Shown here: in pieces, positions 36,589 through 46,764 of the stretch
Layout of the letters: each line of letters begins with the position of its first letter
Position numbering within the stretch: the stretch's first letter is position 1
NCBI GenBank assembly: GCA_051874255.1
Contig: JBJEFR010000113.1
Location: 421 to 64,420 of the forward strand
DNA: 64,000 nt
From: Anaeroplasmataceae bacterium
Lineage (GTDB): Bacteria > Bacillota_I > Bacilli_A > Acholeplasmatales > Anaeroplasmataceae
Direction of reading: 5' to 3'
The notes under the pieces: model-generated
Seen by the model: only the letters and a program-made list of their open reading frames with translations
Told to the model about the DNA's origin: nothing
Database searches by the model: none
Position numbers and translations under genes: made by a program

Positions 36589-37707
36589 TTATAAAGTACT
36601 AGGATCAAGTCCCCAAACTGCAACTACACGATTAGCTTGAACAGCTTCTGCTTCAAAGGAAATACCAACCTCAATATATTGCTTATAAATTGATGTTGAT
36701 TCATCCGCATAAAAATATGCTTGATTTACATTAAAAATAAATGATGTTGCCTCTGTTGAGTCAATCATAGTCTTCAAATATACATAATTGTTTTGAGAAT
36801 CAAAGTACCAATCCTCACTAGCGTTTTGGAAAGGTGAAGCACCTGATATTTGATCCTTTAAAATATAATTCCTTTGTACTGAAGATGCATATATTCTTGT
36901 TCTAATCCATGCATCCTTAATACTTATTCTTACATACACAGGTATTTCAGCCTGTACAGTAAATTTTAATCCTAATTGATTTAAATAATAATTACTATTA
37001 TCTTGTCTATTTTCTGTTGCGCTACATACGAATTCCTCTCTAGCCTCAATTTGGGTATAGGCATCCTCTGAAGAAGTTATAGCATCATCTAAAATCACCA
37101 TACCTAATCCATTTGGTCTTATGACTGCAGTATATGTTTTAGTGGCTTCTCCACTTACATTAGCGCTTGTAATTAAACCACTATCAGCCACAACAGTCGT
37201 TACTTCATAGCTAATAGCTGATATCACAAATGTCATTTTAAAGGTATTAATAGTTATATCTAAAGTATTTAAGTTCAAATCATAAGCTGTTGAAACACTT
37301 GAAATTCCCGTATATTCCTTAGACTCTACATAATAACCACTAGTAATTGTATTACCTATTGTTACATCGGCAATAACATAATTGTCTCCATCCTTGACAT
37401 AATACTTAACACCTGACTGGAAGGTTCCTGATGCTGCAACATATGATGAATTATAGGATAATTTAATTCCATCAATCACAGCTACGGTATCAGTTCTAAG
37501 CTTTGATGCATCACCATCAGTTGAAGCTGGATTTTTAGCATAATTAACATAGTATTTTTCTATACTTGCTATATTTCCTACCTCTGTATCTACATCAATA
37601 TTTCTATTGAATGTATACGCTGCAAAGGCAATAGATGTTGATACTAAAAGAAGTAATATCATGCTAATTACTATTATAGACTTTATTGACTTTTTATTTT
37701 TTAGCAT
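36589..37707 (-). CDS. TasA-like secreted protein
   Basis: 372 aa. Signal anchor ends in STSIAFAAYTFNRN; terminal strand YIEVGISFEAEAVQ. Lies 17 nt upstream of the giant gene. Confidence 0.5.
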   Translation of the reverse strand: MLKNKKSIKSIIVISMILLLLVSTSIAFAAYTFNRNIDVDTEVGNIASIEKYYVNYAKNPASTDGDASKLRTDTVAVIDGIKLSYNSSYVAASGTFQSGVKYYVKDGDNYVIADVTIGNTITSGYYVESKEYTGISSVSTAYDLNLNTLDITINTFKMTFVISAISYEVTTVVADSGLITSANVSGEATKTYTAVIRPNGLGMVILDDAITSSEDAYTQIEAREEFVCSATENRQDNSNYYLNQLGLKFTVQAEIPVYVRISIKDAWIRTRIYASSVQRNYILKDQISGASPFQNASEDWYFDSQNNYVYLKTMIDSTEATSFIFNVNQAYFYADESTSIYKQYIEVGISFEAEAVQANRVVAVWGLDPSTL

Positions 37708-37729
37708 ACTATTACCCCTTTCTTTTATA

Positions 37730-38329
37730 TTACTTAGATAAATCTGCTTTAATATTAATAGTTAAATTATAAGTTTCGCTTAAAAAATCATTTGTAGCAT
37801 CATCATCTGGCTGTACTCCATAAACATATAAATATACAACTGATGCATCTACTACAGCCGTTTCCTGTGATACTACATTTTTAATGGTATATGAATTAGT
37901 TAAACTATTATCACTTAAATAATCAAGTACTGATTTATTATAAGTGCTACTATCTATTTCTTCATTTGTAACTACTGCTTCTACGTATGGGCTATTTGCT
38001 GAATTATTACCTGTAGAAACAGTAATATCTACATCCTTCTTACTATGATTTTCTAAATTGAGTTGAATAACTACTGCCATAGTTGTAAAATATTTTCCCT
38101 CATGTTCACTATCCACATCAAAAAATGATATGTTATCAAGTGTATACTCTAGGGTATTAACATCATCTTCATCATTTATGGTATATGATAATACAATACC
38201 ATTAGTAGATACATCTACTGATTCGGTTTTCTTAGCATTAATAAACCAAGCATATGTTATTCCACCAATAAGTCCGGCAATCAAAAATGCAGAAATCAAA
38301 TAAAATATGACATAAAATCTATTCTTCAT
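37730..38329 (-). CDS. Small TasA-like secreted protein
   Basis: 199 aa. Signal anchor ends in GGITYAWFINAKK; terminal strand YNLTINIKADL. Confidence 0.5.
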   Translation of the reverse strand: MKNRFYVIFYLISAFLIAGLIGGITYAWFINAKKTESVDVSTNGIVLSYTINDEDDVNTLEYTLDNISFFDVDSEHEGKYFTTMAVVIQLNLENHSKKDVDITVSTGNNSANSPYVEAVVTNEEIDSSTYNKSVLDYLSDNSLTNSYTIKNVVSQETAVVDASVVYLYVYGVQPDDDATNDFLSETYNLTINIKADLSK

Positions 38330-38339
38330 ATTATCCCTC

Positions 38340-39062
38340 CTACATTAATGAAATTACAATTGATGAAATCTTTAATGATTGATATTGATAATAGCTATCT
38401 AAAATATCATCACCTGATTCATCAAATGATAGAGTAAAATATTTCAATACAGAGGATGAGGTTGTTTGCTCTGAAATAATTGAATCTGTAAGCTTATCTA
38501 AAGAGCTAGTCCCTTTATCAACAGGAATATCATCTTCGATAGTTGGATTAGTATAAATCTTAAATACGTCTTCAATCTTATAATCAGCTAAATTTACTAA
38601 ATAACCACTACTTATTTCAGTTAGCTCATAAAGAACCTTGCCCCCTGCAGTAAAGGTTGTAGTTTCCGATTCATAATATTTAATATTATTATATAATACC
38701 TCATATTGAGCTTTAGTTTTATTATAAGCTCCCGTTACTATAGTGGTATTAAGCTCTGAGCTGCATCCTGCTAAATTAACATTTAAGCTTTTATCAATTG
38801 CAACATTATTTCCAACAAGCTTAAAATAAACACTCTCACCTGGCCATAAATTATCAACTGATATTGAATCATTACACATCATCCATCTTGATGATGTATC
38901 ATTCCAATAAAATAAAGTAAAATCGCCTGTACTACCAATTACTGAAACAGTTGTTTTTGCATTCGCAACGCTATTAAGCGTAAACCAAGCATATGACGTA
39001 AAAATAAGTAAAAGAGTCGCAAGACATAATGAAACAATTGAAAATATTAAGTTTTTCTTCAC
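38340..39062 (-). CDS. TasA-like secreted protein, first gene of operon B
   Basis: 240 aa with a GTG start and an AGAGGGGAG RBS. Signal anchor ends in FTSYAWFTLNS. LWPGESVYFKLVGNN resembles the TasA/camelysin PGD...N.G segment. Confidence 0.55.
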   Translation of the reverse strand: MKKNLIFSIVSLCLATLLLIFTSYAWFTLNSVANAKTTVSVIGSTGDFTLFYWNDTSSRWMMCNDSISVDNLWPGESVYFKLVGNNVAIDKSLNVNLAGCSSELNTTIVTGAYNKTKAQYEVLYNNIKYYESETTTFTAGGKVLYELTEISSGYLVNLADYKIEDVFKIYTNPTIEDDIPVDKGTSSLDKLTDSIISEQTTSSSVLKYFTLSFDESGDDILDSYYQYQSLKISSIVISLM

Positions 39063-39130
39063 TTATATCAAACTCCCCTCTTATTTTTTGTTTGATATGA
39101 TAGTACGTATAAATTCACCATCTCATTATA

Positions 39131-39159
39131 ATTATACGCTTTTTAGTTTTGGTTTTCAA
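39131..39159 (-). promoter_or_regulatory. Sigma-A type promoter for operon B
   Basis: Minus strand reads TTGAAA - 17 nt - TATAAT, about 70 nt upstream of the GTG start. Confidence 0.65.
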
Positions 39160-39229
39160 TATAAATGGATAATAAGCACCCTATAATAAGTGTTTTTATA
39201 AGAAGCATTTTTTAATATTTTATAATATT

Positions 39230-39269
39230 ATGAAAAAAACTGACTAAATTTTAAAAAAATAGTCAGTTT
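39230..39269 (-). terminator. Intrinsic terminator after rsmI
   Basis: 10-bp stem AAACTGACTA/TAGTCAGTTT followed on the minus strand by a U-run. Confidence 0.7.
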
Positions 39270-39291
39270 AAATTATATATATAATATATAA

Positions 39292-40146
39292 TTAAGAATT
39301 CTTATGATTTATATATTCTTTATATAACTCATGCTTATCCATATTTACTATTTTAGCTACCTCTTTTATAGCATCTTTAGGCTTATATCCTATGGCTATA
39401 AGCTTATCTATTTGATCACATGGATTAATATCTTCTATATTATCAGACTCACCTTTATATCCACTTACAATTAATACCATTTCACCCTTAAGTAAGCTTG
39501 GATCATTTAGGATTTCACTAATATTACCTCTAATTATCTCCTCAAACTTTTTAGTTAGCTCTCTTGATAAAACAATATATCTATCTCCTAATATCTCAAG
39601 CATATCAGATAATGTATCTAATATTCTATGAGGTGCCTCATAAAAAATCATAGTTGATTCATTATATTTTAAATCATTTAATTGCTCTCTTCTTTTATTA
39701 TACTTACTATCTAAAAATCCATAGAAGGTATTAGGCATAGGTGAAATACCTGATGAAACAAGAGCTGATATATATGCACATGGCCCTGGAATAGTTGTGA
39801 CTGGTATATCATTTTCAATGCAAGATAAAGCTATATTATATCCAGGATCAGATATAACAGGGTTACCAGCATCTGAAATAATAGCTATATTTTTACCACT
39901 TTTTAAATGATTTATAATTTCATCATTTTTTAATTCCTTATTGTACTCATGATAAGAAAATAGAGGAGTATGTATATCATAATGATTTAATAATACAGAA
40001 GAGTTTCTAGTATCCTCAGCATATATATAATCTACTTCCTTAAGTATTCTTATAGCTCTAAAGGTAATGTCTTCAAGATTACCAATGGGAGTTGCGACTA
40101 GATAAAGAATTGAATTATTATGATTATAGCTATATTGTCTTTTCAT
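39292..40146 (-). CDS. rsmI: 16S rRNA (cytidine1402-2'-O)-methyltransferase
   Basis: 284 aa with LYLVATPIGNLEDITFRAIRILKEVDYIYAEDTRNS, typical of RsmI. Confidence 0.9.
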   Translation of the reverse strand: MKRQYSYNHNNSILYLVATPIGNLEDITFRAIRILKEVDYIYAEDTRNSSVLLNHYDIHTPLFSYHEYNKELKNDEIINHLKSGKNIAIISDAGNPVISDPGYNIALSCIENDIPVTTIPGPCAYISALVSSGISPMPNTFYGFLDSKYNKRREQLNDLKYNESTMIFYEAPHRILDTLSDMLEILGDRYIVLSRELTKKFEEIIRGNISEILNDPSLLKGEMVLIVSGYKGESDNIEDINPCDQIDKLIAIGYKPKDAIKEVAKIVNMDKHELYKEYINHKNS

Positions 40147-40882
40147 TTACCTCATCCCTTTTATTATATATTTCTAATATTTCTTTAGTGTGAGTTCCGT
40201 CACTATTATGAATAATAATCGGTGGTAGACACTTTAAGCCCCCCTGCTGGCTTGTCCTTTTAGCTTCAATTAAAACATGATTAGCCTCACTATTTTGCTT
40301 AGGATATACTAATCTAAATCTTTTAGGCTCAAGTCCGTATTTTCTCATTGTAGAAAATATATCAGTTAACCTATCAGGCCTATGAACCATTGCAAATAGG
40401 CCTCCATTATTTAGTAGCTGGCTAACCTCGTAGCATAGCTCATCTAAATTAAGCATAACCTCATGTCTAGCAATAGTTTTAGCATTTGATTTATTAGTAT
40501 TACTTCCTCTTTGATATTTAAAAAAAGGGGGATTACATATTACTAAATCATATTTTTGAAAGCCAAGCTTTTTATTGATACCTCTAATGTCATCATTATA
40601 AAGAGTAATTTGCTCTCCCTTATTATTGATATTCACGCTTTCAACCGCTAACTCATATAATTCTTTCTGCAATTCTACTGCATCAATATGAGCCTTAGTT
40701 CTAAGCGTTAAAAACAAGGGAATCGGTGCATTACCCGTTCCTAAATCAACAATGTTTTTTGTATTATACTTAATAGTTACAAAATCAGCTAAAAGCATTG
40801 AATCAACAGAAAAATTAAATAATTCAGGATCCTGAATTATTTTAAGATATGGATATCCTAACAGCTCATTAGTTACCTTCAT
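40130..40882 (-). CDS. N6-adenine methyltransferase of the YabB/TrmN6 type (tRNA m6A37-like)
   Basis: Start moved to MKVTNELLG (GAAGG RBS). SAM motif VDLGTGNA and NPPF motif ICNPPFF. Position matches yabB in the Bacillus gene order. Confidence 0.75.
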   Translation of the reverse strand: MKVTNELLGYPYLKIIQDPELFNFSVDSMLLADFVTIKYNTKNIVDLGTGNAPIPLFLTLRTKAHIDAVELQKELYELAVESVNINNKGEQITLYNDDIRGINKKLGFQKYDLVICNPPFFKYQRGSNTNKSNAKTIARHEVMLNLDELCYEVSQLLNNGGLFAMVHRPDRLTDIFSTMRKYGLEPKRFRLVYPKQNSEANHVLIEAKRTSQQGGLKCLPPIIIHNSDGTHTKEILEIYNKRDEVNEKTI

Positions 40883-41705
40883 TTTTGTTAACCTTCTTTT
40901 TTTCAAAAGTAACATCCTCAAATTTAAGGAAACCAAAGCCCTCTGTATCTAGATATTTTACCTTTAAATTTCTATTTAATACATCACTTGATAAAACCTT
41001 AGCCTTACCATTTTCGGTATCAACAATATCCCCAACATCAGGAGCATTAACTCGAAGCTTTGTATAGGTATCATTTTCATAATTAATACAGCATAAAAGT
41101 TTGCCACAGTTACCTGATATTTTAACAGGATTCAAGCTTAAATTTTGATTTTTAGCCATTTTAACTGATACATTTTCAAATTCAACAAGGAAGGTTTGGC
41201 AGCATACTACAAGACCACATGGACCTATTCCTCCAAAGAATTTAGCTCCATCTCTACTTCCTACTTGTCTAAGTTCTATACGAGTTCTATAAATTTCAGC
41301 TAGCTCCTTAACAAGCTCTCTGAAATCAACTCTTTCCTCAGCCTCAAAATATACAATAAGCTTACTTTTATCTAAGGTATATTCTGCACCAAGTACCTTC
41401 ATATCAAGTTCATTTTGTTTGGCTAGCTTTTTTGTTTCCTCTAGAATTTCTGGTTCTAAGGCTTTATTACTTTCGTAGTTTTTTATATCTTCCTTAGTAG
41501 CCTTTCTTATAACTTCCTTAAGCTCTCCAGTAACATCACTTTGTTTAAGATCAAATACATCCTCACATACAAATCCTAGCTCAATACCTCTTATGGTATT
41601 AACAACAACCGCATCCTTATTATGTATATCGATACCCTCACATGAGAAATAATATTTTTTTCCAAGCTTTTTAAATTGTACCTTACATGCCTTCAATTTA
41701 GTCAC
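40869..41705 (-). CDS. ricT: PSP1-domain protein (YaaT/RicT family)
   Basis: 278 aa with Cys-rich segments GPCGLVVCCQTF and GNCGKLLCCINYE; lies downstream of holB. Confidence 0.85.
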   Translation of the reverse strand: MTKLKACKVQFKKLGKKYYFSCEGIDIHNKDAVVVNTIRGIELGFVCEDVFDLKQSDVTGELKEVIRKATKEDIKNYESNKALEPEILEETKKLAKQNELDMKVLGAEYTLDKSKLIVYFEAEERVDFRELVKELAEIYRTRIELRQVGSRDGAKFFGGIGPCGLVVCCQTFLVEFENVSVKMAKNQNLSLNPVKISGNCGKLLCCINYENDTYTKLRVNAPDVGDIVDTENGKAKVLSSDVLNRNLKVKYLDTEGFGFLKFEDVTFEKKKVNKNEGN

Positions 41706-41710
41706 CTACC

Positions 41711-42658
41711 CTAAAATAGTTCAATAAATAGATTAGTAACAATGTTTTTTGGTGTAACATTACTATCTATTTTCTTTCTTAAATCTAATATTGTTTTTAG
41801 ATCATCTTTTATTTTCTTATCATCTAATTTTTCTTTATATTTAATAATCTTATCTCTTAATACCTTAAATCTATTACTATTGCTAAATAGCATTTCCTCA
41901 TATACTAACGCTAATAATTCTAAGAATAGCTTTAAAGTATTAGCATTTGATAACTCATCTATATTTTTTCTTAAATATACTATTGATTCATAGGAATTAT
42001 TTATACTTAGAAATTCCTCAATAAGCGCCTTAACACTAACAAAAATTTCTTTTGTTGATAGCTCTATACCATCATTTATACTATTTGTTAATTCCTTAAT
42101 TATTTCAGCGTCAGCCTCTGTTAGACCTTTATCAACTAGCATATTTAATAAAATATCCTTTGACATACTTTTAAAGTGAATATGACCACATCTTGATATA
42201 ATAGTTGGAAGAATATTAGTAATATCAGTTGTTAGTAGTATAGCATATACCTCATCACTACTAGGCTCTTCTATAAATTTAAGCAAGCTATTAGCACTAC
42301 TCACATTCATTTTATCAGCATCATCAATAATATACACTCTAGGTCCAGAGACCAGTGAGGTTTTACTAAATTCCTCCTGTAGAGCTTCTATTTGTCCTTT
42401 TTTTATATTATTTCCATCTGGAGATATTTCATAAACATTAACATGCTCATGGTTAAATATTTGCTTACAGCTTTGACATGTATAGCATGGCTCATCATCC
42501 TTACAATACAGCATAGCAGCAAAATATAGGGCCATTTCTTTTTTTCCTACGCCCTTTTCTCCTGAAAAAATATAGGCGTGTGTTAATCTATTATTATGAC
42601 GTAAGGATAATAATAGCTTCTTAATATTAGGTTGTGATTCTACATAATCCTTAATCAT
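41711..42658 (-). CDS. holB: DNA polymerase III subunit delta'
   Basis: 315 aa with HAYIFSGEKGVGKKEMA, the zinc module CYTCQSC and YIIDDADKM; tmk neighbour. Confidence 0.88.
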   Translation of the reverse strand: MIKDYVESQPNIKKLLLSLRHNNRLTHAYIFSGEKGVGKKEMALYFAAMLYCKDDEPCYTCQSCKQIFNHEHVNVYEISPDGNNIKKGQIEALQEEFSKTSLVSGPRVYIIDDADKMNVSSANSLLKFIEEPSSDEVYAILLTTDITNILPTIISRCGHIHFKSMSKDILLNMLVDKGLTEADAEIIKELTNSINDGIELSTKEIFVSVKALIEEFLSINNSYESIVYLRKNIDELSNANTLKLFLELLALVYEEMLFSNSNRFKVLRDKIIKYKEKLDDKKIKDDLKTILDLRKKIDSNVTPKNIVTNLFIELF

Positions 42659-42670
42659 AATAGTCCTCCT

Positions 42671-43285
42671 TTAAAATCTTTTATCTAATAAATCATTGAT
42701 TTCCTTTAAAACTACCTCAGGTGAATTTTCACCATTAATAGTAACAATTCTATCCTTAAACATATTAGCTATTTCTTTATATCCATTATACACCTTATCA
42801 TGGAATTCCTTTTTCTCTAAATCTAATCTATCTAAGGCACCTCTATTTTGTATTCTTTTTAAGCCTATTTCTGGTCTAACATCTAAAAATATAGTTAAAT
42901 CAGGTAAATAGCTTAAGGCAAAATGATTTGCCATTTCAACATTCTTTATACCTACACCTCTAGCTATACCCTGATATACATAGGAGCTATCAATATATCT
43001 ATCACATATTACAACATCTCCCTTTTCTAATGCAGGAATGATTTTTTCTGCTAAATGCTGCATACGAGCTGCCGCATATAACAAGGTTTCAGTTTCCTTT
43101 GTCATACTAACATTTTTAACATCTAATATAATATTTCTTATTTCCTCAGAAATAACTATTCCACCAGGTTCTCTTGTAGTAATAACATTTCTACCTTTAT
43201 TTATAAAATAATCTCTTATGTTATTAATTACTGTAGTTTTTCCACTACCCTCTCCACCTTCAAGGGTTATAAATATTCCTTTCAT
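42671..43285 (-). CDS. tmk: Thymidylate kinase
   Basis: 204 aa with P-loop FITLEGGEGSGKTT, plus a DRY motif. Confidence 0.93.
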   Translation of the reverse strand: MKGIFITLEGGEGSGKTTVINNIRDYFINKGRNVITTREPGGIVISEEIRNIILDVKNVSMTKETETLLYAAARMQHLAEKIIPALEKGDVVICDRYIDSSYVYQGIARGVGIKNVEMANHFALSYLPDLTIFLDVRPEIGLKRIQNRGALDRLDLEKKEFHDKVYNGYKEIANMFKDRIVTINGENSPEVVLKEINDLLDKRF

Positions 43286-43294
43286 AAATCCTCC

Positions 43295-44026
43295 TTAATA
43301 TGTCACCTTATATAAATATAAGCCTGACGCAGAAGCCTTTTTATGTGAAAGGCTTGGATCCTTTGTTTCAAATACTAAATCAATTTTATCTAGCGTGTCT
43401 CTATGAAGTCCTATATCTATTATAAGCCCCATCATACGTCTTATTTGATATTTTAGGAAACCATCACCTTCGAATATAACTTCAATAACATCATCTACTA
43501 CCTTAAGCTCTGCTTTATAAATAGTTTTATTAAAGTCCTTTCTTTTATCTACACTAGCACTACAAAAGCCTTCAAAATTATGACTTCCAACTAATTTTTC
43601 TAAGCCCTTTTTCATTAACTCAATATCTAAATTACTATAAAATGCATAGTAGTTTCTACTAAATACATCATATCCACTAGTTTTAATATAGTAGCGATAT
43701 TCCTTCTTTATAGCACTAAATCTTGCATGAAAGCTATTATCTACAATAAAAGCCTCTAATACTCTAATATCATCTGGAAGATATGAATTAATACCCTTTA
43801 CCCATCCAATTGGAGGTATAGAGATAGAAGTATCAAAGTGGAGAACTTGTCCTTTAGCATGAACTCCCTTATCAGTCCTTCCAGAACCATATATTTTAAT
43901 ATCCTCACCAGTTAGCTTCTTTAAAGCCTCAATAAGCCTTAGCTCAATTGTAGGGAGATTATCCTGCACCTGGAATCCCATATAATTAGAGCCATCATAG
44001 CTTATAATACATTTTACTCTATACAA
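43295..44026 (-). CDS. truA: tRNA pseudouridine38-40 synthase
   Basis: 243 aa with YDGSNYMGFQVQ and GSGRTDKGVHA containing the catalytic Asp. Confidence 0.93.
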   Translation of the reverse strand: MYRVKCIISYDGSNYMGFQVQDNLPTIELRLIEALKKLTGEDIKIYGSGRTDKGVHAKGQVLHFDTSISIPPIGWVKGINSYLPDDIRVLEAFIVDNSFHARFSAIKKEYRYYIKTSGYDVFSRNYYAFYSNLDIELMKKGLEKLVGSHNFEGFCSASVDKRKDFNKTIYKAELKVVDDVIEVIFEGDGFLKYQIRRMMGLIIDIGLHRDTLDKIDLVFETKDPSLSHKKASASGLYLYKVTY

Positions 44027-44990
44027 TTACTCTATACCATATACTAAAGCCTAAAACGCCTAGTACAACAATCAAACTAATATAATCTAAAGCCTTTAGC
44101 TTCAATAGATCGTACTTAGTACGAGGTGCATCTATTTCATATCCTCTTGCAATCATCGCATTAGATAATTCCTCCGCTCTTTTAAATGATATAACAAACA
44201 TAGGAATTAAAAGAGAAATAATTTGAGTTACCTTATCCTTAAGGCTTCCCTCATTAAAATCAACTCCTCGTGATGATTGTGCATTCATTATTTTTTTAGT
44301 TTCAGCAAGTAGAGTAGGTATAAATCTTAAGGTTAATGACATCATCATACTTAAAATACCAACTGGTATTTTAATAACCTTAAGAGGACTTAATACCGAA
44401 GATATACCATTATTAATATCCATATTACTTGTAGTGAATGTTAATAACGATGTAATAATTATCATTAATATTACTCTTATTCCTACATATAATCCTTTAT
44501 TCAATCCACCCTCATATATTTTAAGTCTATAATCAAAACTAAAAAATTTATCAAAATGGAAAAAATATTGTACTGCAAACAAAGAAATTACAAAAACTAA
44601 AAAATATATCATTTTAAATGGTATATATTTTTTAGTAAGAAAATAAAATAATATAATTCCTATTATCATAAGCATTGTATAAAAATTAAAGCTAAAATTA
44701 AGCGTTGCCTTAAGATCACCTGTTTTTGTATAGATAACCTGTAAAACAAAGGTAAATAAAACAAGATATACTATTGGCTTTAATCCCTTAATAACCTTCA
44801 TTAATGGTACTCTTGAAGAAATTATTAGTAAAAACACAACACCTAAGGCTATTGTAATACTAAGCAAAGTAGGTAATACAAAGATAATAACCATCATTAA
44901 AAATACTAATATAATTTTCATTCTAGGATCCATTTTATATATCCAGGAATTACCTGGTATATATTGACCAAGTGTAATATTATCAAGCAT
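44019..44990 (-). CDS. ecfT: ECF transporter transmembrane (T) component
   Basis: 323-aa polytopic membrane protein downstream of two EcfA ATPases; conserved ARG...R motifs near the C-terminus. Confidence 0.85.
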   Translation of the reverse strand: MLDNITLGQYIPGNSWIYKMDPRMKIILVFLMMVIIFVLPTLLSITIALGVVFLLIISSRVPLMKVIKGLKPIVYLVLFTFVLQVIYTKTGDLKATLNFSFNFYTMLMIIGIILFYFLTKKYIPFKMIYFLVFVISLFAVQYFFHFDKFFSFDYRLKIYEGGLNKGLYVGIRVILMIIITSLLTFTTSNMDINNGISSVLSPLKVIKIPVGILSMMMSLTLRFIPTLLAETKKIMNAQSSRGVDFNEGSLKDKVTQIISLLIPMFVISFKRAEELSNAMIARGYEIDAPRTKYDLLKLKALDYISLIVVLGVLGFSIWYRVIV

Positions 44991-44991
44991 A

Positions 44992-45870
44992 CTATAAATT
45001 ACCTCCTAATGTTAATTCTCTTAAAGCATCAAGAAGTTCGGTTTGATTAAAGTAATTATAATCTAAATTATAACCTAGTTTTTTATTTATCTCATCAATT
45101 GTATGTAGGATTTCTGGCTTATCTAAAAAATAATCCTTATATTTATCATTTGAGAATAAATTTACCTTATCTCCATCATAAACAATACGAGCATCCTTCA
45201 TTACTACTACTCTAGTTGAATATCTATATACTAAATTCATATCATGAGATATTAGAATAATAGTTTTATGTAGTTCCTTATGAATACGTAGAAATATCTC
45301 CATTAATTCCTCAGCCCCAATAGGGTCTAATCCTCTAGTTGGCTCATCAAGAACTAATATATCAGGGTTATATGCTAAAATACCAGCTACAGCTACCTTT
45401 CGCATCTGACCTCCACTTAAATTAAAGGGAGATTTTTGTAGAATGTCTTCATTAATTCCTAAAATATTACAAACCTCGGAAACATTTTTCTTAATTTCTT
45501 CTTCCTTAAAGCCAAAATTTTTAGGTGCGAAACATATATCTTTATAAACAGTTTCCTCGAATAATTGATATTCTGGAAATTGAAAGACAAAACCTACTCT
45601 TTTTCTTATTGGCTTTAGCTTAGGATTCTTATTTTTCTTAGGAGTTAATATTTCATTAAATATAGAAACTGTCCCTGAGCTAGGAAGTAAAATACCATTC
45701 ATATGACTAATTAATGTTGATTTTCCACTTCCAGTTCTTCCTACTATTGAAACAAACTCATCACATTCCTCAATATTAAGATTTATATCCTTTATTGCCG
45801 TAATAACATCCTTTTTTTTATATCCTTTATAAGAATGTGTTACTTCTTTAAACTCAATTCCCATAGGCAT
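44992..45870 (-). CDS. ecfA2: ECF transporter ATPase EcfA2
   Basis: 292 aa with Walker A GRTGSGKST, signature LSGGQMRK and Walker B ILVLDEP. Confidence 0.88.
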   Translation of the reverse strand: MPMGIEFKEVTHSYKGYKKKDVITAIKDINLNIEECDEFVSIVGRTGSGKSTLISHMNGILLPSSGTVSIFNEILTPKKNKNPKLKPIRKRVGFVFQFPEYQLFEETVYKDICFAPKNFGFKEEEIKKNVSEVCNILGINEDILQKSPFNLSGGQMRKVAVAGILAYNPDILVLDEPTRGLDPIGAEELMEIFLRIHKELHKTIILISHDMNLVYRYSTRVVVMKDARIVYDGDKVNLFSNDKYKDYFLDKPEILHTIDEINKKLGYNLDYNYFNQTELLDALRELTLGGNL

Positions 45871-46658
45871 TCCATTAGCTTCTTATTATTACTGATAACC
45901 TCATCCTCTAATGCCTTAGAATATAATCTTAAACTAAATGGCTTTTTTAAATTAGAGCTCTCTAATATTTTATTATCAGCATACACCTCTTCAGGAGTTC
46001 CTGAAGCTATTATTTTTCCTTCCTTAAGTACTATAATTCTATCACTTAATCTTGCAAAATTTAAATCATGTGTAATAGTAATAATAGTTTTATGATATTC
46101 GCTTTTTAAAGCTTTAATTAATTCAATAATCTCATGACACCCCTCAGGGTCTAGCATCGATGTAGCCTCATCAAGAATTATAATATCTTGATTTAAAGCT
46201 AAGATACCTGCAATGGCAACTCTTTGTTTTTGACCGCCAGATAAGGTTTGAGGCTCACGCTCTAAGCTTTCATACATTCCAACCTTCCTAGCATATTCAT
46301 CAACTAAGGGAATCATTTTATCTCTAGGTACCCTTAAATTTTCAAGTCCAAAGGCAATATCATATTTTACATTAACTCCAACAAATTGATTATCGGGATT
46401 TTGAAATACAATACCAATTTTTTTTCTTATTTCATGAGCTGTTTTTTCAGTTAATAATACATCATCAAATTTAATTGTACCCTTTTGTGGTTCGATTAAA
46501 CCAACTAGTAATTTTGAAATGGTTGATTTTCCACTTCCATTATGACCTATAATAGATATCCATTCACCATCATTTATATCAAATGATACACCATTTAAGG
46601 CATGATCATTTTTGGTATATGAATAATACAAATCACGAACCTCTATCACAGGTTTCAC
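45840..46658 (-). CDS. ecfA1: ECF transporter ATPase EcfA1
   Basis: 272 aa with a GTG start. Walker A GHNGSGKST, signature LSGGQKQR and Walker B IIILDEA. Confidence 0.88.
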   Translation of the reverse strand: MKPVIEVRDLYYSYTKNDHALNGVSFDINDGEWISIIGHNGSGKSTISKLLVGLIEPQKGTIKFDDVLLTEKTAHEIRKKIGIVFQNPDNQFVGVNVKYDIAFGLENLRVPRDKMIPLVDEYARKVGMYESLEREPQTLSGGQKQRVAIAGILALNQDIIILDEATSMLDPEGCHEIIELIKALKSEYHKTIITITHDLNFARLSDRIIVLKEGKIIASGTPEEVYADNKILESSNLKKPFSLRLYSKALEDEVISNNKKLMECLWELSLKK

Positions 46659-46721
46659 CTACCTTTACACTTATACTATTTTATTATATCACATAATGGA
46701 GATAAATATTTTTATGTTTTT

Positions 46722-46753
46722 CAAAAAATAAAAAAAGCCAACATAAGTTGGCT
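46722..46753 (-). terminator. Intrinsic terminator after rplQ
   Basis: Minus strand reads AGCCAAC-uuau-GUUGGCU followed by UUUUUUUAUUUUUU. Confidence 0.85.
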
Positions 46754-46764
46754 TTTAAGTGTTA

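Noticed and set aside
22237-39291. Locus B as a mobile genomic island or prophage remnant
   Set aside because: No integrase, transposase, tRNA attachment site, phage genes or flanking direct repeats were recognised.
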